Origin: an uncultured Alphaproteobacteria bacterium
GTDB lineage: Bacteria > Pseudomonadota > Alphaproteobacteria > Rs-D84
Assembly: GCA_944392595.1 (NCBI GenBank)
Contig: CALXXD010000005.1
Span: 3,104 to 67,103, forward strand
DNA length: 64,000 nt
Direction of reading: 5' to 3'
A program made the position numbers and the translations under genes. The notes under the pieces are model-generated. The model was not told the origin of the DNA. It saw only the letters and a list, made by a program, of their open reading frames with translations, and searched no databases. Shown one piece after another: positions 26,781-35,129 of the stretch (position 1 is the first letter of the stretch; every line of letters begins with the position of its first letter).

Positions 26781-27218
26781 ATGATGATTGATTATAATGC
26801 TACGTTACAGGTGTATTTTGCCGAGTGTATCAAGTTTTTGGAAAAACGCGCCAAGCGTGCCAAGGATGATGTCGAGTTGAATCAAATAAATGATGCAATC
26901 GCAATAGTTAAAAATACGGCCCAAAAGCCCACAAAGTATGCCGATTATGGTGTGCGTCTGAAATATGGATTAATCTTTGGTGAATTGCCATCTGATTTGT
27001 GGCAAAGTGGGGTATTGCACAAATATGAACGCGTGTTGAAGGTTGTGGAAAATCTGAACAGTCCGTACGAGTATGACCGTGCGGCCGCGCGTGATGTTTT
27101 GTTGGAATCGCTGAAAGATATTACGTGTAAAAACAACAAAAACGTATTCAAAGATTTGTATTATTCGCTTTCTTTGCCGACAAAATTTGCGGTAAAGGTA
27201 AATCAAAAACAAAGATAA
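26781..27218 (+). CDS. hypothetical small protein (paralog 2)
   Basis: 145 aa. MMIDYNATLQVYFAECIKFL...YADYGVR. AGGAG SD. Confidence 0.5.
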   Translation: MMIDYNATLQVYFAECIKFLEKRAKRAKDDVELNQINDAIAIVKNTAQKPTKYADYGVRLKYGLIFGELPSDLWQSGVLHKYERVLKVVENLNSPYEYDRAAARDVLLESLKDITCKNNKNVFKDLYYSLSLPTKFAVKVNQKQR

Positions 27219-27220
27219 TA

Positions 27221-27245
27221 AAAAACCGGCATTAGCCGGTTTTTT
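27221..27245. terminator. bidirectional rho-independent terminator
   Basis: AAAAACCGGC-ATTA-GCCGGTTTTT overlapping the serS stop codon. Confidence 0.8.
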
Positions 27246-28524
27246 AGTGTTTCCCACCAATTTTTGTGCGACCACCCATCAAAGGCTGCAATTTTTTGGG
27301 AATATTCACACTGCCGTCGGCGTTTTGATGTGTTTCCAATAATGGAACCAACGCGCGTGGGACGGCGATGCCTGTGTTATTCAATGTCGCACAGAATTTT
27401 ACCGCGTTCGTTCCGTTTTCACGATAACGGGTGTTTGTGCGCCGCGCCTGGAAAGTGCCGATGGACGAACAACTGCCCAGTTCTTTATACGCGTTTTCCG
27501 ATGGAACCCATGCCTCGACATCGTTCATTTTAACTTTGTTAAATCCCATATCGCCCGTCGAATTTGCAATCACACGATATGGCAATTCCAAATCAGCCAC
27601 AACATCACACAAATTGTTCAATAACAATTCGTGCATTTCGTCCGATTGTTCAGGCGTGCAAAATACATATTGTTCAACTTTGTTAAATTGATGGAATCGC
27701 GCCAGACCACGCGTGTCGCGGCCTGCGGCGCCGGCTTCTTTGCGGAAACACGGCGAAAATCCGGCGTATTTAATGGGCAGTGCGCTTTCGGGTAAAATTT
27801 CACCGCTGTGCAGCGAATTCAATACGATTTCAGCCGTGCCCGCCAGGCATCTGTCTGTGCCCGCCAACATAAACACGTCGTTGTTCATAACCGATAAATC
27901 TGCGCCCATAAAGTGACCTGCATCAAATATTGTTTGAGGTTTGGTAATCGATGGGCATTCTATGAAAGTAAATCCGCGCGAAATTAATTTCTGGATAACG
28001 TATGTTTCAATCGCCAATTGCAATTCAGCGGCTTCGCCAATTAAACAGTATGTGCGTGTGCCGCAAATTTGTGCGATTTTTTCAGGCATCCACCATCCGT
28101 TCATATCCAATAAATCCCACTGCGCGCGCGGGGTGAAATCAAAATTCCGCGGGGTGCCGACACGTTTTACTTCGGTATTATACGAATCGTCGGGACCAAC
28201 GGGTGCCGATGCGTCTGGTATTTGTGGTACGCGGTGCAGCAAGTCATTTAACTTTTCTTCTTTTTCCGCCAACTCAGCCAAATCAGCCGCAATCTCGGCA
28301 CCAATTTGTTTGGATTTTTCAATCAATGGCGCTTTGTCTGTGGCGGTCGGGATTTCGCGTGTGATTTTATTTTTTTCGGCCGTCATGTTTTGCGTTACTG
28401 TTTTCAGTTCGCGTACGCGCGCATCCAGTGCCAAAATTTCATCAACATGGTCATCAAAGCCTTTGACCCGGCATGCGTTTTTTACAATATCTGGGTTTTC
28501 ACGAATAAATTTTATATCCAACAT
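27244..28524 (-). CDS. serS: serine--tRNA ligase
   Basis: 426 aa. MLDIKFIRENPD with an N-terminal coiled coil and class II core motifs (FRKEAGAAGRDTRGL, GTAEIVL). Confidence 0.95.
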   Translation of the reverse strand: MLDIKFIRENPDIVKNACRVKGFDDHVDEILALDARVRELKTVTQNMTAEKNKITREIPTATDKAPLIEKSKQIGAEIAADLAELAEKEEKLNDLLHRVPQIPDASAPVGPDDSYNTEVKRVGTPRNFDFTPRAQWDLLDMNGWWMPEKIAQICGTRTYCLIGEAAELQLAIETYVIQKLISRGFTFIECPSITKPQTIFDAGHFMGADLSVMNNDVFMLAGTDRCLAGTAEIVLNSLHSGEILPESALPIKYAGFSPCFRKEAGAAGRDTRGLARFHQFNKVEQYVFCTPEQSDEMHELLLNNLCDVVADLELPYRVIANSTGDMGFNKVKMNDVEAWVPSENAYKELGSCSSIGTFQARRTNTRYRENGTNAVKFCATLNNTGIAVPRALVPLLETHQNADGSVNIPKKLQPLMGGRTKIGGKH

Positions 28525-28595
28525 AGTTGTATTCCTTTGATAAAAGATATTATTAATAAAATGATTATATTATATATGTATTATATTATGAACAG

Positions 28596-28655
28596 TTAAA
28601 AGCGCACCCCAAACGGGGATGATGACAAATAAAAAGATACAAATACATATTTCAT
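28596..28655 (-). CDS. candidate serS leader peptide (19 aa, MKYVFVSFYLSSSPFGVRF)
   Basis: Hand-translated mini-ORF 71 nt upstream of serS. It has 4 Ser codons, with the run TCA TCA TCC entering the hairpin CCCC-GTTT-GGGG. Same length and layout as the thrS mini-ORF. Confidence 0.55.
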   Translation of the reverse strand: MKYVFVSFYLSSSPFGVRF

Positions 28656-28665
28656 AACATCCGCT

Positions 28666-28694
28666 ATTATATTGCTATCCGATGAAAAAATCAA
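28666..28694 (-). promoter_or_regulatory. promoter TTGATT-N17-TATAAT, with 10 nt to the leader ATG
   Basis: Read on the minus strand: -35 at 28694-28689, -10 at 28671-28666, leader ATG at 28655. Confidence 0.5.
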
Positions 28695-28778
28695 CGTTTT
28701 TATCCAGGTGTGAATTTATTTGCGCACACATTCGCATTATGTTATCCTGAGACCGATAAAAAAACAGGAGTTCAAATA

Positions 28779-29684
28779 ATGAATGAAGTCATTATGCATG
28801 ATGTTATTATCTTGGGTTCTGGTCCGGCGGGATTAACCGCTGCATTATATTGCGGGCGCGCGGGCAAAGATACATTGGTATTGGGGGGCGATACTTTGGG
28901 CGGTCAGATGGCCGGTATCGCAACGTTGGAAAATTATCCCGGTTGGGCGGGCAGTGGCCTGGCATTGGCGGAATTTATGAAACAGCAGGCAGAAACATTC
29001 GGTGCCAAAATAAAATTTGTTTCTGCAAAGACAATCGCCGGTGATGCCGAAAGTGGCTTTAACATTTTGGGCGATGATGGCAATCGTTATGTCGGAAAAT
29101 CTGTCATCATTGCAACCGGCGCATCACCGCGTAAATTACAAATCGAAGGCGCGCGCGAATTATTCGGTAAAGGCGTATCTTACTGCGCAACATGCGATGG
29201 ATTCTTTTATTCAGAAAAAGATGTAATCGTGATGGGTGGCGGTAATTCCGCACTGAATGACGCGTTGTATTTGGCCGACATTGCCAAAAATGTAAAAATC
29301 GTATATCGCAAAAGCGCATTCACCCGGGCCGAGGCCGTCCTGCGTAACCGTGTTGCCGAACGTGAAAATATAGAATGCTTGTTCAATACCGATTTGAAAA
29401 AAATTGCCAAACGTGACGATGATAAACTGGTTGTCACCACCACCGATAACAAAGAAATTATCTGTGACGGTTTATTTGTTGCCATCGGTCACGAGGCCAA
29501 CACCGATTATCTGACCGAAGATATCGCACGTGACAACATGGGGCGTCTGGCCCCCGATGCCTTGCCCCGTGGTATTTTTGTTGCCGGTGATGTTCAATCC
29601 GAATTAAAAATGCAAATTGCAACGGCGGTCGGGACGGGGTGTAGTGCGGCCATGGACGCCATCAACTACCTAAATCAATTATAA
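28779..29684 (+). CDS. trxB: thioredoxin-disulfide reductase
   Basis: VIILGSGPAGLTAALY FAD site, redox-active CATC (YCATCDGFFY), GGGNSA NADPH site. Start at the ATG at 28779 after an AGGAG SD. Confidence 0.9.
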   Translation: MNEVIMHDVIILGSGPAGLTAALYCGRAGKDTLVLGGDTLGGQMAGIATLENYPGWAGSGLALAEFMKQQAETFGAKIKFVSAKTIAGDAESGFNILGDDGNRYVGKSVIIATGASPRKLQIEGARELFGKGVSYCATCDGFFYSEKDVIVMGGGNSALNDALYLADIAKNVKIVYRKSAFTRAEAVLRNRVAERENIECLFNTDLKKIAKRDDDKLVVTTTDNKEIICDGLFVAIGHEANTDYLTEDIARDNMGRLAPDALPRGIFVAGDVQSELKMQIATAVGTGCSAAMDAINYLNQL

Positions 29685-29787
29685 CCACGCATCTGCTTGT
29701 GGTTGGCTTTGGTCACGTAACTTCTGTACGCTCCCGACGCCAACCACATCGCATCTGCATGGTTCTAATTGATTTATGATTCGGATT

Positions 29788-30294
29788 TTATTTTTTCCCG
29801 AAATGTTTTTTCAGCACATTATATGCGTCTGTAATTTTTGTAAATTGTTTGGCGGCCGCGTCTTTATCGCCCGTTGTTGTATCTGGGTGGTGACGTTTTG
29901 CCAATGCGCGATATTTTGCGGATATTTCACGCCACGATGCAGTTATCGGTAACCCAAATACGGCCAATGCAGTTGTTACGCGGCTGGATGCACGCGGGCG
30001 GGGTGGGGCTTTGTCAAACGTATCGCGGCCCGATATAAAATCGTTCAAAAATTTTATGTAATCGCGCTGATCCGATTCGACCTGATTCTTGTCACGCAAT
30101 GGCGCGCCGAATGTTTGGCGTTCCCAATCTTCTTCGACTTCTTCGGGTGTCATGCCTGCGTAATAATTCCAATTTTTATTATACTCGGCCGCATGTTCGC
30201 GACAAAACCACCAATATTCACGTAAATCACGCGATTTCGGCGCGCGGCAAGTGCCGGCTTTGGTACAGCCTGGATGATCACATTTTTTTATCAT
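29788..30294 (-). CDS. J-domain protein (DnaJ-like co-chaperone with CxxC-type N-terminal region)
   Basis: C-terminal J domain with HPD (AKRHHPDTT). N-terminus CDHPGCTKAGTCRAP...WFCREHAAEYN. 4-nt overlap with xerD. Confidence 0.75.
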   Translation of the reverse strand: MIKKCDHPGCTKAGTCRAPKSRDLREYWWFCREHAAEYNKNWNYYAGMTPEEVEEDWERQTFGAPLRDKNQVESDQRDYIKFLNDFISGRDTFDKAPPRPRASSRVTTALAVFGLPITASWREISAKYRALAKRHHPDTTTGDKDAAAKQFTKITDAYNVLKKHFGKK

Positions 30295-31157
30295 TGATTA
30301 TTTTCCCCCGTATGTCCCAATGGGTGATGCGACACAACTGTTTCGCGCAATTTGTCCGGTAAAACATGTGTGTAAATCTGGGTTGTTGATATGTCTTCGT
30401 GTCCCAACATTGTTTGTATCGCGCGCAGGTTTGCACCACCAGCCAGCAAGTGTGACGCAAACGAATGGCGCAAAACATGCGGACTGACACGATGTGGGTC
30501 AATACCCGCCAGTACAGCGCATTTTTTTAATAATTTGAAAAATCCATCGCGTGTTATGTGGCCTGATTTACCAGTGCCTGGAAAAACATATTTTGATTTA
30601 TCGTCGCCACGCAATTCCATCCATTTTGCCAATGCGTTCTGGGCGCGTTCGTGCATAGGTACCATGCGTTCTTTGGCACCTTTGCCATGAATTAATAATT
30701 TATCGCCCAAAATCGCGGTTGTTGGTAATTCGCACAATTCAGATACACGCAGGCCGGATGCATACACCAATTCCAGCATTGCGCGCAATCGCGCCGAATT
30801 TCGAACATCCCCCGCGGATGATATTAATAATTCTATTTCCTTTATCGATAAAAATTTCGGCAGTGCGCGTCTGCGTTTTGGTAATTCCAAATTCGCGGTT
30901 GGATTTTCTGATATTATTTTTTCCAGCATTAAAAATTTATAATATCCGCGCAGTGCGCTGGCGTGGCGGGCAATTGATGTCGCACGTTCAGGCAATTTGG
31001 ATAAATAATTTTGTACATCCGATGCCGTTGCACCCAATAATCCATTTGGCATATTTTCATCCGCGTGACGCAAATCAGATGCGTAACTTTCAATTGTGCG
31101 CTGGCTGCGGCCACGTTCTGCGGCCAAAGATTCCAAAAAGACATCGATGTAATTCAT
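30291..31157 (-). CDS. xerD: site-specific tyrosine recombinase XerD/XerC
   Basis: FLESLAAERGRSQRTIESYASDL...LRHSFASHLLAGGANLRAIQTMLGHEDISTTQIYTHV. Start set to the internal ATG at 31157; the ORF-track ATG at 31244 directly abuts a TATAAT box. Confidence 0.8.
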   Translation of the reverse strand: MNYIDVFLESLAAERGRSQRTIESYASDLRHADENMPNGLLGATASDVQNYLSKLPERATSIARHASALRGYYKFLMLEKIISENPTANLELPKRRRALPKFLSIKEIELLISSAGDVRNSARLRAMLELVYASGLRVSELCELPTTAILGDKLLIHGKGAKERMVPMHERAQNALAKWMELRGDDKSKYVFPGTGKSGHITRDGFFKLLKKCAVLAGIDPHRVSPHVLRHSFASHLLAGGANLRAIQTMLGHEDISTTQIYTHVLPDKLRETVVSHHPLGHTGENNQ

Positions 31158-31316
31158 TATTGATACAAAACGACTTCGGTTATGTTTTGTGTGGCTGGGA
31201 ATGATACAATCATTAATATCACCAGTATCGCAATTAATATCCATATTATAATGGTGTTTCGTTTAGTGTTTTTCTTTCGTAAAGGCATATTTTCCCCGTT
31301 TGGTTGGTTTGTATTA

Positions 31317-32378
31317 TTATATAGTATCAAAACTTGTTATGAAAACGCCCGATGCCGCAATTATTATCAATGGCGGGGCGATTGTGGCAAGTAAAGCGGG
31401 CACGACCCCCGTAGATCCCAGCGCATTAAACATATTAATTAAAAAATACACCGCAAAGCATGTTAATATGCCCAATCCGAATTTAATTCCAAAACTGTAA
31501 TTACGGCGTTGGCGTGTTTGTGAAAAAGCAACGCCCAATGTCGCCATGGCAACCATGGTCAGTGGTAAAAACAACAGCGTCCAAAACTGGACCAAATGCG
31601 CACGCACAGGAACACCAATCGCACGCATTTTTGTTATGAATTCAGGTAATTGCCAAAATGAAATTTGATCGGGCTGTAAATATCTGTCCAGAACAGTTTG
31701 TGGATTCAGCAATGTTTTTATTTGCCAATTTGTGTGTGTTGGTATTCCGCGTGAATCCCATGATGTAGCGTTGGATGCAGACATACCAGTGTCAGACAGT
31801 GCGACTGTATCAGCCTGGACACGTTGGGTTAATTTGAATTGTGGATTTTGAATGTATATTGTTGCGTTATCAAATAACAAAATGTTTCCTGATTTATGCA
31901 TATTTTTTGCGTTCATAGTAACAAATCCATTGTCGGATGATTCACGCAGCCAAATTTCGTTATCGATTAATACCAAATGATCGGGTGTTATGTTTTCTGA
32001 ATTCAGATTTACAGAATAAGGATTAATCAATGTAGTTGCCACAACACCAATCAATGCCGCGCCAACCAAAAATGGGCGCGCCATTTGGTACGGTGACAAA
32101 CCCGCGCTGGAAATAATAATGCTTTCACTGGATTTTGTTAAATTATATGATGCAAATAATGTGCCCATAAATATTGCCATGGGCAAAAACAGCGGCACAT
32201 ATTCCAACAATCTGCGCCAAGTATCAGCCATTGCAGCAATCGCAGTCGGATTTGACGGCAATCTTTCCACAAATGTTACCGCCATGATAATTCCGCACAC
32301 AATCAGCATAACCAGACCAACGCCATAGAAAAAACGGCGTATCAGGAATCTGGTCAAAATTTTTGGTCTGAACATCAT
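31317..32378 (-). CDS. lptG: LPS export ABC permease, LptF/LptG family
   Basis: 353 aa. ILTRFLIRRFF start, six hydrophobic spans with a large periplasmic loop (YjgP/YjgQ layout). Confidence 0.7.
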   Translation of the reverse strand: MMFRPKILTRFLIRRFFYGVGLVMLIVCGIIMAVTFVERLPSNPTAIAAMADTWRRLLEYVPLFLPMAIFMGTLFASYNLTKSSESIIISSAGLSPYQMARPFLVGAALIGVVATTLINPYSVNLNSENITPDHLVLIDNEIWLRESSDNGFVTMNAKNMHKSGNILLFDNATIYIQNPQFKLTQRVQADTVALSDTGMSASNATSWDSRGIPTHTNWQIKTLLNPQTVLDRYLQPDQISFWQLPEFITKMRAIGVPVRAHLVQFWTLLFLPLTMVAMATLGVAFSQTRQRRNYSFGIKFGLGILTCFAVYFLINMFNALGSTGVVPALLATIAPPLIIIAASGVFITSFDTI

Positions 32379-32467
32379 ATCTGAAAAAGTATAAACCGTT
32401 CATTTGACAATTGCAAAATTAAAATGAATGCTTATAATTTCAACAAAAACAACCAGGACAGGATAAA

Positions 32468-32938
32468 ATGGATAAAAAACCGATTTCGCGGGCTGGGTTT
32501 GACGGCCTGATAAAAGAATTAAAAGACTTAAAAGAAGTACAAAGACCCGAAATATTAAAGGTTGTGCAATGGGCGCGATCGCTGGGGGATTTGTCTGAAA
32601 ATGCCGATTACAGTGCGGCCAAGGAAAAGCAACGTCAAATTGACAAACGCATTCAATATATCGAAGATTTTATTAATAACGCCGATATCATAGATGTAGA
32701 TAGTTTGTCTGGCGACCGTGTGGTGTTTGGTGCGCGCGTTGTTGCCGAAGACGAAGATGGTAATCGTATGCAGTGCCGTATATTGTCTGATGTTGAATCG
32801 GACGGCAAGCATGTTATTTCATGTACGTCGCCGATGGGGCGTGCGTTAATTGGGCGATGTGTTGGCGATACTTGTGTCGTAAAATTGCCGGCCGGTGAAA
32901 AAGAATATGAAATATTGGAAGTAAAATTCAAGGAATAG
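32468..32938 (+). CDS. greA: transcription elongation factor GreA
   Basis: GDLSENADYSAAKEKQ and a C-terminal FKBP-like domain. Confidence 0.9.
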   Translation: MDKKPISRAGFDGLIKELKDLKEVQRPEILKVVQWARSLGDLSENADYSAAKEKQRQIDKRIQYIEDFINNADIIDVDSLSGDRVVFGARVVAEDEDGNRMQCRILSDVESDGKHVISCTSPMGRALIGRCVGDTCVVKLPAGEKEYEILEVKFKE

Positions 32939-32947
32939 TGTTCTTAG

Positions 32948-34699
32948 ATGCCGATTCGTGTTTTGCCCGATTTTTTAATTAATCAAATTGCCGCAGGCGA
33001 GGTTGTTGAACGTCCCGCCAGTGTGGTTAAAGAATTGGTGGAAAATGCGCTGGATGCGGGTGCTGACCAGATTGTTGTTGATGTGGTTGATGGTGGTCGC
33101 ACTATGATTTCTGTTATTGATAATGGATGCGGGATGTCGCGCGATGATTTGACGCACAGTATTCAAAGGCATGCTACATCTAAATTACCAACAGACGATT
33201 TATTGAATATAAATTTTATGGGCTTCCGGGGCGAGGCTTTGCCATCAATTGCATCTGTGTCGGATATGACGATTGATACAAATAATGGCGCAGATGGTAA
33301 CGGTTGGGTGTTGGATTGCAATACTGGTGAAATTCGGCCGTCTGCGTGGGATGCGGGTACGCGTATTCGCGTGAAGAATTTGTTTGCGCGCACGCCTGCG
33401 CGGTTAAAGTTTTTGCGCGGGGATCGGGCTGAAATGATGTCCGTTTTGGATGTTATCAAGCGTTTGGCAATGGCGCGCGCCGATGTTGGATTTACATTAA
33501 ATAACAAATGGCGTTTCCCAAAAAATCAGGATATGTCTGAACGGTTGGCCGCGGTTATGGGCGATGATATTCGCGGGCGAATGTTGGCGGTTGATGCGTC
33601 GTCCGCATCAAATTCAAATATGCGATTGCGCGGATATATATCTGAACCAACATTGCGTCGCGCAACATCTGTTGATCAATTTTTGTTTGTGAATAATCGC
33701 CCCGTTCGGGACAAGGTTTTAATTGGTGCGTTGCGGGCCGCTTATATGGATGTGATGCATGCACGTGAATTTCCGTTGTGTGCGTTGTATCTGGATTTGG
33801 ATCCGCGCAGTGTTGATGTGAATGTGTCGCCTGCCAAGACTGATGTGCATTTTTTGGAACCATCACATGTGCGTGCGTTTATTATTAAATCTTTACGTGA
33901 TGCTTTGGCGAAAACATTGAATGACAGGATTGTTGCCGTTGCATCGCCACAGGTTGCGCAACCCGCCGCGGCACATCCGCAATCAATGAATTTTAATATG
34001 TCGCGCACATTTGTTGCGTCGCCACGTCACAGTGGGCCTGATTCTGCATTTATGTTTGGGGCGGGGCGGGTGACGATGCCTGAAAAAAACGATGTGGCGC
34101 ACGATGTGGCATGTGATGCGGCAACCGATGAAACGCGGCCATTGGGGCGGGTTATTGGTCAGATTGCAAACAAATATATTTTGGCGCAAAGTGGGGAAAA
34201 TTTGGTAATAATTGACCAGCATGCCGCGCACGAACGTATAACATACGAACGACTGCGTCGCGGGGCTATGAAATCCCAGCCATTATTGACGCCGATTGTC
34301 GTTCATCTGCGGGATGAAGATGCGACCGCTGTGTTATCCATCGCGGACCAGATGCGTGCGTCGGGGTTACATATTGATTCTTTTGGGGATGATGCGGTTG
34401 CGATTTTTGAAAAGCCCGCAGACTGGGATTTGAATTGGGCTGAATTATTTCAATCCATCGCGGACGAGGTGCGGTCCAATGGCGCATCGTCCCAGTTGGA
34501 TGAAAGACTGCATTTGAAATTGGCAAACTATGCGTGTCACCACAGTGTGCGTGCAGGGCAGAAATTGGATATGGCGCAAATGGACGCGTTGCTGCGTGAT
34601 ATTGAAAATACCACGCGGGGCGGTGAATGCAATCATGGGCGACCTGTGTATAAAATCATTCCGATAACCGAAATCGATGGTTGGTTTGAACGTGTATAA
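32948..34699 (+). CDS. mutL: DNA mismatch repair protein MutL
   Basis: IRVLPDFLINQIAAGEVVERPASVVKELVENALDAGA (GHKL ATPase). C-terminus QHAAHERI...CNHGRP. Confidence 0.95.
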   Translation: MPIRVLPDFLINQIAAGEVVERPASVVKELVENALDAGADQIVVDVVDGGRTMISVIDNGCGMSRDDLTHSIQRHATSKLPTDDLLNINFMGFRGEALPSIASVSDMTIDTNNGADGNGWVLDCNTGEIRPSAWDAGTRIRVKNLFARTPARLKFLRGDRAEMMSVLDVIKRLAMARADVGFTLNNKWRFPKNQDMSERLAAVMGDDIRGRMLAVDASSASNSNMRLRGYISEPTLRRATSVDQFLFVNNRPVRDKVLIGALRAAYMDVMHAREFPLCALYLDLDPRSVDVNVSPAKTDVHFLEPSHVRAFIIKSLRDALAKTLNDRIVAVASPQVAQPAAAHPQSMNFNMSRTFVASPRHSGPDSAFMFGAGRVTMPEKNDVAHDVACDAATDETRPLGRVIGQIANKYILAQSGENLVIIDQHAAHERITYERLRRGAMKSQPLLTPIVVHLRDEDATAVLSIADQMRASGLHIDSFGDDAVAIFEKPADWDLNWAELFQSIADEVRSNGASSQLDERLHLKLANYACHHSVRAGQKLDMAQMDALLRDIENTTRGGECNHGRPVYKIIPITEIDGWFERV

Positions 34700-34778
34700 A
34701 TGTAACTATTTTCCTTTACATATCGGGCTTTTTTTACTAATCTGAATCCATAATAATTATCAGTTGAAGGAGAAAATC

Positions 34779-35114
34779 ATGAATGATACAACCGCAATTA
34801 ACGATGTCGCCCAGGTTGCAGATGCCACCGCAGATGCAGTAACGGGTGCCGCCACTCAGACGACTGATTGGTGGGGTCTGTTGTTATATTGTGTAATTAT
34901 TTTTGCAATTATTTATTTGTTTATGGTGCGGCCAAATAAAAAACGTATGGATGAATATCAAAAAATGCTGGATTCGTTACAGGTTGGTAATCGGGTTTTG
35001 GCCGCTGGTATTTATGGCACGATTAAAAAAATAAATGAAAAAACAGTCGAGTTGGAAATTGCAGATGGCGTGGTTATAGAAGTGGCCAAGGGCGCAATCG
35101 CAAATGTAGAGTAA
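34779..35114 (+). CDS. yajC: preprotein translocase subunit YajC
   Basis: One TM followed by RPNKKRMDEYQKMLDSLQVGNRVLAAGIYGTI. The ATG at 34779 follows an AAGGAG SD. Confidence 0.85.
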   Translation: MNDTTAINDVAQVADATADAVTGAATQTTDWWGLLLYCVIIFAIIYLFMVRPNKKRMDEYQKMLDSLQVGNRVLAAGIYGTIKKINEKTVELEIADGVVIEVAKGAIANVE

Positions 35115-35129
35115 AGAAAGGGTTATGTT

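Noticed and set aside
27941-28540. 199-aa plus-strand ORF.
   Set aside because: It is antisense to serS. This is a shadow frame.
30291-31244. Tyrosine recombinase as the integrase of a mobile element or genomic island.
   Set aside because: The sequence matches housekeeping XerC/XerD (the ERG.S..T..SY..DL N-terminus and the GHEDISTTQIYTHV tail). It is flanked by lptG and a co-transcribed J-domain gene. There are no att-like repeats, tRNA or phage genes nearby.
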